A stretch of 64,000 nt of DNA from contig NC_058368.1 in the NCBI RefSeq assembly GCF_018350175.1, forward strand, positions 38,876,001-38,940,000, read 5' to 3'. This DNA comes from Felis catus. Taxonomy: Eukaryota. Made by a program: the position numbers and the translations under genes. Under the pieces are notes generated by a model. The model had not been told where the DNA came from. It worked only from the letters and a program-made list of their open reading frames with translations, and searched no databases. Position 1 is the stretch's first letter; each line of letters begins with the position of its first letter. Of the stretch, positions 53,213 through 64,000 are shown in pieces.

Positions 53213-53537
53213 AAGAGGTGACTGAATTGCTGTAATCTCATGATGAAAGTTTAATGGATGGGGAGTTGCTTCTTATACATGAGCAAAGAAAGCGGTTTCT
53301 TGAGATGGTATCTACTCCTGGTGAAGATTGTTGAAATGACAACAAATGATGTAGAATGTTACAGAAGCATAGTTGTTTAAGCAGCAGCAGGGTTTGAGAG
53401 GACTGACTCCAATTTTGAAAGTTTTACTGTGGATAAAATGCTATTAAACAGCGTCACATGCTACAGAGAAATCATAAGTGAAAGGGAGATTCAATTGATG
53501 TAGCAAACTTCATCACTGTCTTACTTAAATTGCCACT

Positions 53538-53722
53538 GGGGTGCTTGGGTGGCTCAGTTGGTTAAATGTCCAACTCTTGATTTCAGCTCAGGTCATGATC
53601 TCAGTCATGAGAGGGAGTCCCATGCTGGGCTTCTCACAACATTGATAGTGAAGCCTGCTTGGGATTCTCTCCCTTTGCCACTCCCCAACTCATTCATTCT
53701 CTCTCTCTCTCTCTCTAAAAAA
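53538..53722 (+). mobile_element. older Can-SINE in Tigger1
   Basis: ggggtgcttgggtggctcagttggttaaatg head, CT tract, A tail. Confidence 0.9.
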
Positions 53723-54413
53723 AATGTCACAGCAACCTCAAACTTCAGCAGCCCCCACCCTAGTTAGTCAGCAGCCATCAACATTGAATCAAGAAAAAAG
53801 ATTATGACTGGCTAAAAGCTCAGATTGGTGGTTAACATTTTTAGCAATAAAGTGTTTTTAAAACAAGGTACATAATTTTCGAGACATAATGCTTTTGCAC
53901 ACTTAATAGACTACAATATAGTATAAATGACTTTTATATACACTGGGAAACCCAAAATAATTTGACTTGCTTTATTGGGATATTTGCTTTACTGTGGTGG
54001 TCTGGAACTGAACTCATTGTAATAGCTCTGAGGTACACCTGTGGAATCTCAGTCTCACAATCACAAAGAACTAAATTATTCCAACAACCTGATGGGCTCA
54101 GAAAAGGATCCTGAACTGCAGATGAAAATATGGCCCAGCTAACATCTTGATTTTCACCTTGTGAGAACCTAAGCAGAGAATCTATTTATACTGTGTCTGG
54201 ATTTCTGATCTACAGCAACAGATAAGTGAGTGTTGTTTTAATCTGATAATTTAGTGATAATTTGCTGTACAGCATACAAAAGTAATACAGATCATTAGCA
54301 CACAACAAGATTCTTTCTTAATATCAAACAGGTTATTCTCTATTGAAGAAGATATTGCCCAAGGATTGGAGGATTTTTTTTTCTGGAAACTTTTTATTAT
54401 TATGTCTGGAAAC

Positions 54414-54417
<4 letters not shown>

Positions 54418-54456
<39 letters not shown>
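54418..54456. repeat. (TAT)13 trinucleotide STR
   Basis: Perfect repeat, preceded by a duplicated tctggaaactttttattatta. Confidence 0.97.
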
Positions 54457-54458
<2 letters not shown>

Positions 54459-54888
54459 CTCTTTCTTCACACAATTTCTACCCATCTCTTACACTTACCT
54501 TTATATTTCTTTTACCTTTGGTTGGTATCTCCTTATTAATTTATCTTTCAGGTCACTATTTGCATTATTTTCCCATTTCACATATTTGAGAGGACTCCCC
54601 AGACACCTGAGTGTGCACCCACGTGAGATTTTTATTTAAAGTGAAAGACGTGGTGCTGTAAGAAAGAGAGAACGCAGCCAAGTTTGGAGATCTGAGGGAC
54701 ATTCACAGCATGAGCCTCCTCTTGGGCCTAAGTTTTGCAAGCTGGACTATAATGAGTCTGAATCTTCAGAATCTAGTGAGGAATCTTGTTGGCTTGGAGA
54801 AAATTCATTTCAAAAGCTCTCTGACTCTTCCACCAGTCAAACCAGGTTTGTCAAACCGGCCGGGGTAGTTACAAAACATTAGTAAAGT

Positions 54889-55115
54889 GGGGCGCCTGGG
54901 TGGCTCAGTCGGTGAAGCATCCGACTTCGGCTCAGGTCATGATCTCGAGGTCCGTGAGTTCGAGCCCCGCGTCGGGCTCTGTGCTGACAGCTCAGAGCCT
55001 GGAGCCTGTTTCAGATTCTGTGTCTCCCTCTCTCTCTGGCCCTCCCCCATTCATGCTCTGTCTCTCTGTCTCAAAAATAAAATAAACGTTAAAAAAATTA
55101 AAAACAAACAAACAA
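54889..55115 (+). mobile_element. Can-SINE (felid type)
   Basis: Perfect TSD aaaacattagtaaagt at 54873 and 55116. Confidence 0.97.
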
Positions 55116-56124
55116 AAAACATTAGTAAAGTAACGAGCACTGAGTGTAACCAGAAAAGTCTCATATATTGAAGAGTATATCAAAAATACCATTTCCCTTA
55201 TCTTGGCCAGGTGTAAGTCCAACAAACCAATCTAACCAAAAAAGCAGGCATCTAGTATCCCCAGAGATAAAGGCAGAAATTCTCTTGCCTAGCTTTAAAA
55301 TAGTTCTGCATCCATATTAATCATTGCAGATGGCAGGTTGCTATCTCTAGTCTTCTGCTAAATCCACCAATAACTAGAATTTGGATTTCTATTGTTGATA
55401 TAGTTTAGTGAACCCAAATATTTGTTAAGCTTTCCATCTTTTCTCCCTTTTAACCCACCTTCTCTATTTTCTTGACTGTATTAATAGTAGCAATTTAAAA
55501 TCTTTATCAGTTCTCATCAACTCAATCTCTAGCAGATTGTTTCTCTCGAATTCTGGGTACTAGAACATATTTTTTAGCATGTTTCACAATTTTTTGCATT
55601 GGTACTTTGCAGTATAGTAATGATTATAGGGAATTTGGAAGGTGATATTTCTGACAAAAGACAGTTAATTATTTTTTAAAACATACTAGTGTGTCTTTCT
55701 AATTCTGCACAGGATTGACATTTAGGTTTATAAGATCTATTATTTTTATATTATTATTATTTTCTCTTTTCTTCATAATTTCTCTTAAATTTTTAACAAA
55801 AGGTGTTTCAAACTCCTGGTCATATTACTTTTTTGCATCTATTTTTCCTCCCAGTCTTCAGGAAAGTGCTCTATGCTTTTGGTGCCTTTGTTATTTTTAT
55901 TTATTTATTTTTATTTTTTACTACTTTTAACTTTTTATTTTAGAATTATCATCAAAATTAATCAACGGTCCTTTTGAAAAACTCAATACAGAGGTTACAT
56001 GAAGGAAAAGTGCCATCCTTGTCCTGCTCGGCCCCTCCCCAGATCCTGCCCATCTATCAGAGGCCCAAACCTCTTTGATCAGTTGGGTTCTGGGCTGGCT
56101 AATCTGGTTATCCCTCTAGATGGA

Positions 56125-56190
56125 CTTTCCAGTCTCACCACTCTGCTCTGTGCCCTAGGAGGCTGATATACATAGATGGCTCCCTTGGCT
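56125..56190. mobile_element. LTR33-like ERVL fragment
   Basis: ctctgctctgtgccctaggaggctga...ggctcccttgg; family from memory. Confidence 0.5.
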
Positions 56191-56479
56191 CTGTTTGTAA
56201 CTATTTTTTTCCCTTCCCCCAGGGTCTTCTGTTAAGTTTCTCAAATTCCACATATGAGTGAAAACATACAATATCTGTCTGTCTCTGACTGACTTATTTC
56301 ACTTAGCATAATACCCTCCAGTCCCATATGTGTTGTTGCAAATGCCAATGTTTATAGCAGTGCTATCAACAATGGCCAAATTATGGAAAGAACCCAAATG
56401 TCCATCGACTGATGAATGATAAAGAAGATTTGGTTTATATATACAATGGAATACTACTTTGCAATGAGAAAGAATAAAA
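56190..56479 (-). mobile_element. carnivore L1 fragment with 5' inversion
   Basis: 56190-56344 is antisense to 18982-19145; 56345-56479 is sense to 18837-18975 of the large L1. Confidence 0.9.
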
Positions 56480-57247
56480 GCCTTTGTTATTTTTATTTGA
56501 ATGTTAAGCATTAGGCATGGAAAGATGAAGAGACAATTTGAGGCTTGGATAATGTTAATTTCCTCTAGTGTTGATTTCTTTGCTTTTGGCAAACATTTGT
56601 TGTAAAGTTGGAACACCTGAAGACAATCTGTAGTTAAGGTCATTGTGAAGACTGGTGCACTTCAGATATACCCTTTACAAGATGTAAGCTTAGAACTTGA
56701 GGTGTTAAGTCTCTTCTTTCTTGGTGGACACTGGAGTCCAATTTTGCATTCTCTGCAAGCTTCATAAGAATATGGACAGCACTTTTCACTTTCTCATCAA
56801 CACTGATGTCATTTTCAAATTGTTGTATATCTAAAGAGGGGAAAGGGCAACAATAATTTGACAACAAAATTATTTCTCTAGTTATCCCTTCTTTCTTACA
56901 TTTTAGCTTCACAAATTCCTGTTGTCTTATTAGCTCGCCAGTGCTTTTATGCACATTTATAAATATTTTCATCTCAATTTTCTATTTGCTGTGAATGAGC
57001 ATGCTATAAAATAAGCTAGACTTTCATTTATGGTAATGTAAAAGGATGAATAGATTATCAATTAGTTTTGAGATTATAATATGTTACTTATGATACATAA
57101 TTGGAACCCAAAAATAGAGGAAAGAAGAAGGACAGGAATACATTTGAAGAAACATGAAGAAATGGCCAAACATTTCCAAAGTATAGAAACTAAAATGGAC
57201 ATGAATAACAAAGATTACCCCAAAACTTCCAAATGCACATCAATGAA

Positions 57248-57937
57248 TGTCGTAGACACTGTCTAAAGTTCTCTTTTGGCCAGCAAAAGAGAAGGATGCA
57301 GGATGAAAAGTGACAGATAGCTAATGTCCGGGAAAAGACAAGATCCCCGAATAAGGGTCGTTGCCCTGTTTTTATTAGGATCAGAAGGCTTACAAACATG
57401 GTGATGGACGTGCATCAAGAAGCAATGAATCTGTGAACATTAACTACTGGACGTGAGGGAAAGGGGGTCTTGAAGATGTTTGGGGTTAGGCGTTTGGGTT
57501 AATACAAAACAAAATATTGGCGCCGAGCAGTCAGGCATGAGGCACCACCTCTGTTTATCTTAGCTAGTCTAGGGGATGAGACAGATAGGGGAAATAACCA
57601 GAGTTAACAAGGCACCTTTTCTTTTGTTAAGCATCTCAGCTCTGGGCTGCTTCACCTGCAGCAGTCTATAGCCCAATTTACCTTTACCTAACTTGGTCCT
57701 TCCTTCCTGTGAAAGCAGCTTCTGCTATAGTACTGAATTGGGGGTGCTTCCACCCTGAACACCTAATCTTGTTTATTTCATGTAGGTATGTATTGGGTGC
57801 CTTTACACCTCCCTATTCTTGGTTGCCTTGTCTTGTTTACCCAAACACGGGTGTGAGCGTCCTATGGCTTTCTGCTTCTTTACACCTTGTTAACCCATTG
57901 GTGTAAGCCCAGGGAATGTCTAAGCTTATTCCCCACA
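57248..57937 (-). mobile_element. solo endogenous retrovirus LTR (~690 bp)
   Basis: Minus strand begins TGTGGGGAATAAG and ends ...CTACGACA (TG...CA); AATAAA at 57377-57372; GC-richer block splitting an L1; TSD imperfect (aatgaa/gttgaa). Confidence 0.75.
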
Positions 57938-57980
57938 GTTGAAAAACAGCTGATCGTATAAAAGGTACAAAAGAGCCTTT

Positions 57981-58141
57981 GGGGTCCTTAGGTGGCTCAG
58001 TTAGTTGAGTATCCAAATCTTGATTTTGGCTCAGGTCAGGATCCCAGGGTCATGGGATTGAGCCCTGCATCAAGTTCTGTGCTGAGTGTGGAGCCTGCTT
58101 AAAATTTTCTCTTTCTCTCCCTCTGCCTCTCTCTCAAATTA

Positions 58142-58170
<29 letters not shown>
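57981..58170 (+). mobile_element. older Can-SINE with (AAAAC)n tail
   Basis: ggggtccttaggtggctcagttagttgag...gatcccagggtcatgggattgagccc. Confidence 0.92.
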
Positions 58171-58174
<4 letters not shown>

Positions 58175-61139
58175 TTGAAAACAGCCAATTAAAAAAAATG
58201 ACACTTTACATAGGGGATAAAAACAACACAGCTGGTGGTGAGCTCCTAATTAGACATAAGGAGGCCAGAAGAAAATGAAAATAATATATTTTTAAACTCT
58301 TTAAAGGAATAAAAAGAATTGTCAACTTAGAATTCTGTGTCAGGCTAAAATACCTTTAAAATATGATTAAGTAATACCATCTTTGATCAATTAAAATTGA
58401 AATAATTTATTGACAGCAAACCTATGCCATAAGACATAACAAAGGAAATTCTTCATGATAAGAAAAAAATTGGCACAAGTGAAAACGTGTGTCAACAAGA
58501 AAGAAAGAGCATTATACATAGTAAATATGTGGGTATACATAAAAGATCGTATATATTTTTAATTTCTTTAAAGTTATATGAACATTTAATGAGAGAATTC
58601 TAAGATTGTATTTTGGCATTTATATCAAACATTAAATGTAAATAGACTGAAAGTTAAGTATGCAAATTTTAATCACTAGAACTACCACTAAAGTTTAACG
58701 CAAAATTTATCGTTCAAAAGTCAACAAATAAATTTTTTAAAAATATTGGTTTGGAATGGAGATGAGATGACCTAAAGTAGATGGGTCAAACAAAACAACT
58801 GACAAAATATTTGAAAAAAAAAAAACAGTCTCAGTTTTTACATACAAATAGGTTAATCTCTGCAAACAAGACCAGAGTTGGTTAGACTTGGGAAAAAATA
58901 CCAAGAGCCAAGTGTGTGTTATCAATAAGAGACACTTGAAGCATAAAATTACACAGAGGTTGATGCAAAAAACCACAAAAGCCAAAAAATATATCAGACA
59001 GTACTACTGGGAAAGACAAACCCACAGCAATATTTAGTTAACAGTCCCTTTCAGAAACTAATTTTTAAAATAACAACAGAAGTAGTAAATAAATAAACAG
59101 TCTGGACACTCAGATGTCTTTATTCAGTTGAGGTATTGAAAGCTAAATTCAAGAACTAGAATAAAATCATTTCAAGTCCACATGATATGCTCACTAAGTT
59201 AGACCGCATACTGTGTCAAGAAGTAAATCACAATTTATCAAAACATTAAAATCTTATAGAGTGTTCTCTATTCATGAGATAATTAAATTACTAATCAATA
59301 ACAAGAAGACATTCAGAAAATCCCCACTTGATTTTAAATTAAATGACACTTGTAAATAATACTGAGTCAAAGATAATAAGCACGAGGGGAATTAGAAAAT
59401 GTGTCAAGCTTAATGATAATAAAATCACAACATACACACAAAAACATTGTGGTATGCTGCCAGCACAGTGCTTAGAAATAAATTTATAGATATAAATACA
59501 TTTAGTCATTGAATTATTCTACATTAGTCATTCTGTTATTCTATGACTCCTAAATATATACTGTATTATGTACTGTAGATCTTTTTTTGTTAGAATTCTT
59601 ATTAAATAATGCAATTTCTGTCATCTGTATTTTATTTTAAAATGCTACAAGATAGGCTTTTTCATTATTAAACTTGTTTTTAATGTATTTTGGCAGTCTA
59701 TATCTTAAATTAGTGCTGTGCGGAGGAGATAAGGAAACAGTCTCTCTCGTAAGCACAGAACCAAAGAATGAGTGTTCCTCCCGGTTTTGCTGACCGTGGC
59801 TCCTCTGGTGCCTTCATATCATGAACTCCAGATCAGGGATTTGGGGACAAGAGATTTGTTCAGCACAATTACCTCTAGTAGATAGTGCTACTTAGCCGTG
59901 CTGGGCTGTAGTTTGCAATAAATAATAAATAATAGACAAAACCTCAATACAGCTGAACAGCTGTCGCCACAGCTAACAGTGGAGCAAATCACGAGGTCAG
60001 ACAAGAAATATAACTGGGGAGCACACAGATACCCAGCTGCCAGGGCTAACAGAGCACATATCTTCACATCTGCAGGGCTGTAGCTGCCAAACCTTTCCCA
60101 TAAGCAGCTTTGTGTATTGACTTCAGTCAGGCCTGGTAGAAAGACAGAGAAATAAAATTTTGTATATTCAACACTGTTAGAATGAAGAGTGTATCAAGTT
60201 AATGTTGCAGTTGTGAATGAATGGCTATGATTTTATTTTTGTCAAAGAAGAAATATACTGTTAAAATATTTAAGCTCTTTTGTTCAAGGGCTATGTCTAT
60301 TTCTTTTTTTACTATCTAAACAACTGTAATAATCATTTAATATCTTTAAAATTGCAAAGCTCACATTGTGTTCAATTATAGTTTCACATGGAAGCTGAAC
60401 TATTTCATTAATAGATATATTTTACTGAAAATTATTTACTGAATTGAGAGATTTTGATACTCTTTTTGATTTTTTATCAAATCTATAGTCTAAAACATTC
60501 TTTTGTATCATGTTACTTGTCATTGTTGGCATAATATTTATGTTACATTACTAAGTAAAAAAGGTAACACTTTCATGGTTGGCGCAAGAGTAAATTTGTT
60601 ACACGAAAAGAAAACATAGATGCAAGTGAAAGATAAAATTTCTTAAAATATTTGATAGCCATCCAAGTGTGGGATAATAGTGGTATATATATATATTTTT
60701 TTATTTGGTATATTCCTTCGATCAAACAGATACCAAAGAGGGGATTGAGTTGATGACCCTGTGAGGTAATTCAAGGAGCAACTACCCACCCATTTCAGAT
60801 GGGCTCTTGACCACACGTGACATTTCTAGATGCTGGCTACGTGTCTGCCACTCTAAATGGGCCAACGCAGTAATGGGGGAAATTGTGCACATATAGGTGT
60901 TTGCTGAGAGCTGGAGTGCATTGAAAATCAAATGGCCAGTCCTAAAATGGGCCTGAGGTTTTTTTTTTTTTTTCTACAGCCTTTTTTAAGAGAAGATACA
61001 TTTGCTATTATATTCATATTGTTAAGACAAATGCAGATTTTGAAATTCTACAATTAGAAACTATTTCAAGGTGCTCTCAACTGCTCTGAAAATGAAATCC
61101 CTATTACAAAGATACTCTGTGAACTCATTTCCTATTTTT

Positions 61140-61348
61140 TTTTCAACGTTTATTTATTTTTGGGGGGGCAGAGAGAGGCAGAGCATGAACGGGGGAGGGG
61201 CAGAGAGAGGGAGACGTAAAATCGGAAACAGGCTCCAGGCTCCGAGCCATCAGCCCAGAGCCTGATGCGGGGCTCGAACTCCCGGACCGCGAGATCATGA
61301 CCTGGCTGAAGTCGGACGCTTAACCGACTGCGCCACTCAGGCGCCCCC
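61140..61348 (-). mobile_element. SINEC_Fc, young subfamily
   Basis: Perfect TSD catttcctattttt at 61126 and 61349. Confidence 0.97.
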
Positions 61349-62239
61349 CATTTCCTATTTTTAATAGCCAGTTGAATCATAGAACTGTTCTTTGTTTTGT
61401 TCTGATCAAATTCCTGTTTATGATATGGATCTTTATGTAAATTGTCCTAGGGAATTAGCATGCTTCTATCTCTTTACTGTTCCTTTAGAAAATCATAGTT
61501 TTCATTATAAATGAATATATTAAAATTGTGTTTAATACATCAGTTTCTTATGAATTATTTACTGACCATTGTCTTTCATGTGTTCTCTAAAATGATTTTC
61601 ATGCCCAAAACATGGAGTATATTTACGGGTATGTTTAGATATCAGTATAACCAAACTCAGACTGAGAGGACTTTTCTCCATCGTTCATCTGCTTATCAAC
61701 TGGCAATCCCCACACATTGTTCCACAAACCTCTCGTTGTATGACTCTCGACATTAGTGTATACAGTTTGTCAACTTTGAATAGATGAGGAGATACAATAA
61801 TGTACTGAAAACAAACCAACTAGAAACTTATGGAAACTAAGAGAAACTAATGAAAGAATATTTTTACAAGGGTAAAAACATAAGAAATGTAATTTTAATA
61901 TTGTTCTGTATGTTTTATCATAATCCGCTGCTTATAGGTATCTGAGAAAGTTATCTATTATGTCTTTGAAGCCATATTTCAGTTGGGAATGTTTAATAAA
62001 CTTTGCTTTTCTTTATTAATTTTAGGCACTCTACTGTGTATACACTGGTGTTTTAGTGTTGTTTCATTTTGAGGATATGCCTTTTGTGAAACTCCTGATA
62101 AAATTCTTCACCCATTTTTCTGTCTATATATTTTATTGGTATCTCCATATATAGATTTTTCTGCATTATCTAGGTCCTGGAGATGTAAAGTTAGGTGTGT
62201 GCGTGCACGTGTGTGTGTATGTGTGTGTGATCTTTTTCT

Positions 62240-63175
62240 TTTTTTAATGTAGTGGACATCTATTATAAACTGTTTCCATTAGAACTAATTTCATTATATC
62301 CTATAAGTTTTGGGTATGTTGTTTTTCATTTTCATTTGTTTTGAGATATTTTATTTTTCTTATGGTTTCTTCTTTGACCTATTAGTTTCATTTCTACACA
62401 GTAGTGAATTTTCTGGTTTTCCATCTGCCATTGTTTTTTAGTTTCATACCATCGTGCTCAGAAAAGACACTTGGTATTATTTCAGTCTTCTTACATTTGC
62501 TAAAATTTGTTTGGGGACCTGACATGTAATCTGCCCTAGAGAATGTCCCATGTGCACTAGAGAAGAATGTGTATTCTGCCGCTGTTGTGTGGAATGTTCT
62601 ACATATGTCTGTTAGGTCCATAGGAACTTTAAAAGATAGTTCAAGTCATGGGGCATCTGGGTGGCTCAGTCAGGTGGGCATCCAGCTGCAGCTCAGGTCA
62701 TGATCTTACAGTTTGTGAATTTGAGCCCCGCATCGAGCTCTGTGCTAACGGAGACTGGAGCTCAGAGCCTGGAGCCTGCTTCGAGTTCTGTGTCTCCCTC
62801 TCTCTCTGCTCCTCCCCGCTCATGCTCTATCTCTCTCTCTCTCTCCTTCAAAAATAAATGAAAACATTAAAAAAACTTTTTTTAATGTAGTTCAGGTCAG
62901 TTTTTCCTTGTTGATTTTCTGTCTGGATGATCTATCCATTGTTGAAGTAGGGTTATTAGGGGTATCCCTAATATTATTGTATTACTGTCTATTTCTCTCT
63001 GTTAGTATTTGCTTAATATATTTAGGTGCTTCAATATTAGGGGCATGTACATTTACAATTGTTATATCCTCTTGATGACTTGACCCCTTTATCATTAATT
63101 AATAGCCTTCTTTGTCTCTTACAGTTTTTGACTTAAAGTCTACTTCTTCTGATACAAATATAGGTACTCCTGCTC
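62240..63175 (-). mobile_element. L1 ORF2 endonuclease-domain fragment, SINE-interrupted
   Basis: ORF 62394-62621 reads MDLTDICRTFH..AAEYTFFSSAHGTFSRADY...FSEHDGMKL. Confidence 0.9.
62650..62885 (+). mobile_element. Can-SINE
   Basis: TSD tagttca(a/g)gtca on both sides. Confidence 0.95.
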
Positions 63176-63179
63176 CCTC

Positions 63180-63879
63180 TTATGTACTATTTTTCTCATT
63201 TCAATTAGTTGTTCGTGTTTCCTTATAGTTCACTGAATTTCTTTAAGAGGATTACTTTGAATTCTTTGTCATACAACTGATAAATATCCATTTCTTTAAG
63301 GTTAGTCATTGGAGTTTTATTAGTTTTCTTTGGTTGTATCATATTTCCTTGATTAATCATGATCCCTGTGGCTTTGTGTTGGTGTCTCCAATTTCAAGGA
63401 AGTAGGCTCTTCTTTTAATGTTTAGGTACTGGCTTTGATAGATAAACTCTTCACCAGTCAGCCCATCAAGAAGTTGAATGGGCCATTTTTTGGTTCATGG
63501 GTAGGCTTGTTGCTCGAGTCCTTGCGTAGGCCAGTCTGGTGCCTGGGTCAGCAGATGAGCAGGCCTAGTGCTTGAATACATGGCAACCAGCCTGGTTCCT
63601 GGACCTGTGAGAACAGGCTTGGCCCTGGGGGCCACTGAAGTAGGCTTAGCATCTGGGTCCATGGAGATGCTTCCATACCAAAATAGGTAGGCCAGGGCCT
63701 GGGTTCATGGGAGACCCCTGGGAGCCAGGTACCATGGAGTCACAGGGGGATACTGGCTCTCACTTCACTTTCTTTTTCTCTTAGGGTGAATCTCTTTCTG
63801 TCTTGGCACTGGGCTGCCTGGGCTTGCTAGAGTGGTGGGGGGGGGGGTGGGGGGGAATGTGAATATCTTTTTACCCTTC

Positions 63880-63928
<49 letters not shown>

Positions 63929-64000
63929 CATTCTGGTGATGTGATGACTCACCTGGAATTGTTAGCTCTTGTGAAGGTATTTTTGGTTGTGGATAGTTAT
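63180..64000 (-). mobile_element. old L1M ORF1 start / 5' UTR fragment with (TG)n at 63884-63926
   Basis: ttcactgaatttctttaagaggattactttgaattctttgtc is an antisense ORF1 start; degenerate gcctggg repeats. Confidence 0.65.

Larger units (their letters stand above)
52549..54041 (+). mobile_element. Tigger1-type DNA transposon, internally deleted
   Basis: TIRs taggcatacctc... and ...gaggtacacctg; internal ctctgtgtcacatttgggtaat and gcagcagggtttgagaggactgactccaattttgaaag. Confidence 0.92.
52143..54290 (+). mobile_element. MaLR LTR, MLT1E-like, split by Tigger1 (parts 52143-52548 and 54042-54290)
   Basis: gtggtaggcaaaattctaagg...ccctgtataatcccctcccc start; resumes tcagtctcacaatcacaaagaactaaatt; ends tacagcatacaaaagtaataca. 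Confidence 0.85.
57090..59500 (+). mobile_element. old L1M ORF1-ORF2 5' region, interrupted by an LTR and a SINE
   Basis: ggaggccagaagaaaatgaaa, tgtcaacttagaattctgtg, ttcaagtccacatgatatgctcactaagttagacc (EN domain). Confidence 0.8.

Noticed and set aside
54343..54639. Poly-Tyr ORF, and poly-CV/HT/ER ORFs elsewhere
   Set aside because: Microsatellite translations
57518..57535. TGGCGCCGAGCAG resembling a tRNA-Lys primer-binding site
   Set aside because: Partial match, not preceded by an LTR CA end, lies mid-LTR on the opposite strand, and no gag follows
2142..62861. Recurrent ORFs of the MAQSVKRPTSAQVMIS... / GRLGGSVG...FEPRVGLCADSSEPGACF type that look like a gene family
   Set aside because: They are translations of Can-SINE copies, each with an A tail and usually TSDs

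Overview
AT-rich, repeat-dense mammalian genomic DNA. The roughly 24 tRNA-derived Can-SINEs, several of felid SINEC_Fc type, point to a cat-family (Felidae/Feliformia) genome. I cannot recognise any host protein-coding exon, RNA gene or CRISPR array. The ORFs in the track are SINE, L1 or microsatellite translations or look like chance ORFs, so the window reads as intergenic or deep-intronic. Main content: a formerly full-length carnivore L1 (15069-19336, 12-bp TSD, ORF1 deleted, ORF2 disrupted), many old L1M/L2/MIR fragments, MaLR LTRs (MLT1D, MLT1E), a Tigger1 nested in MLT1E, a ~690-bp solo ERV LTR, and several microsatellites. Repeat family names come from remembered consensus sequences, not a database search. 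I found no convincing novel biological system. The best leads are modest: a CpG-retaining E-box cluster overlapping a candidate exon (59.7-60.2 kb), a CTCF-like site, a palindrome-associated complex duplication (29.9-30.1 kb), and several informative retroelement rearrangements.
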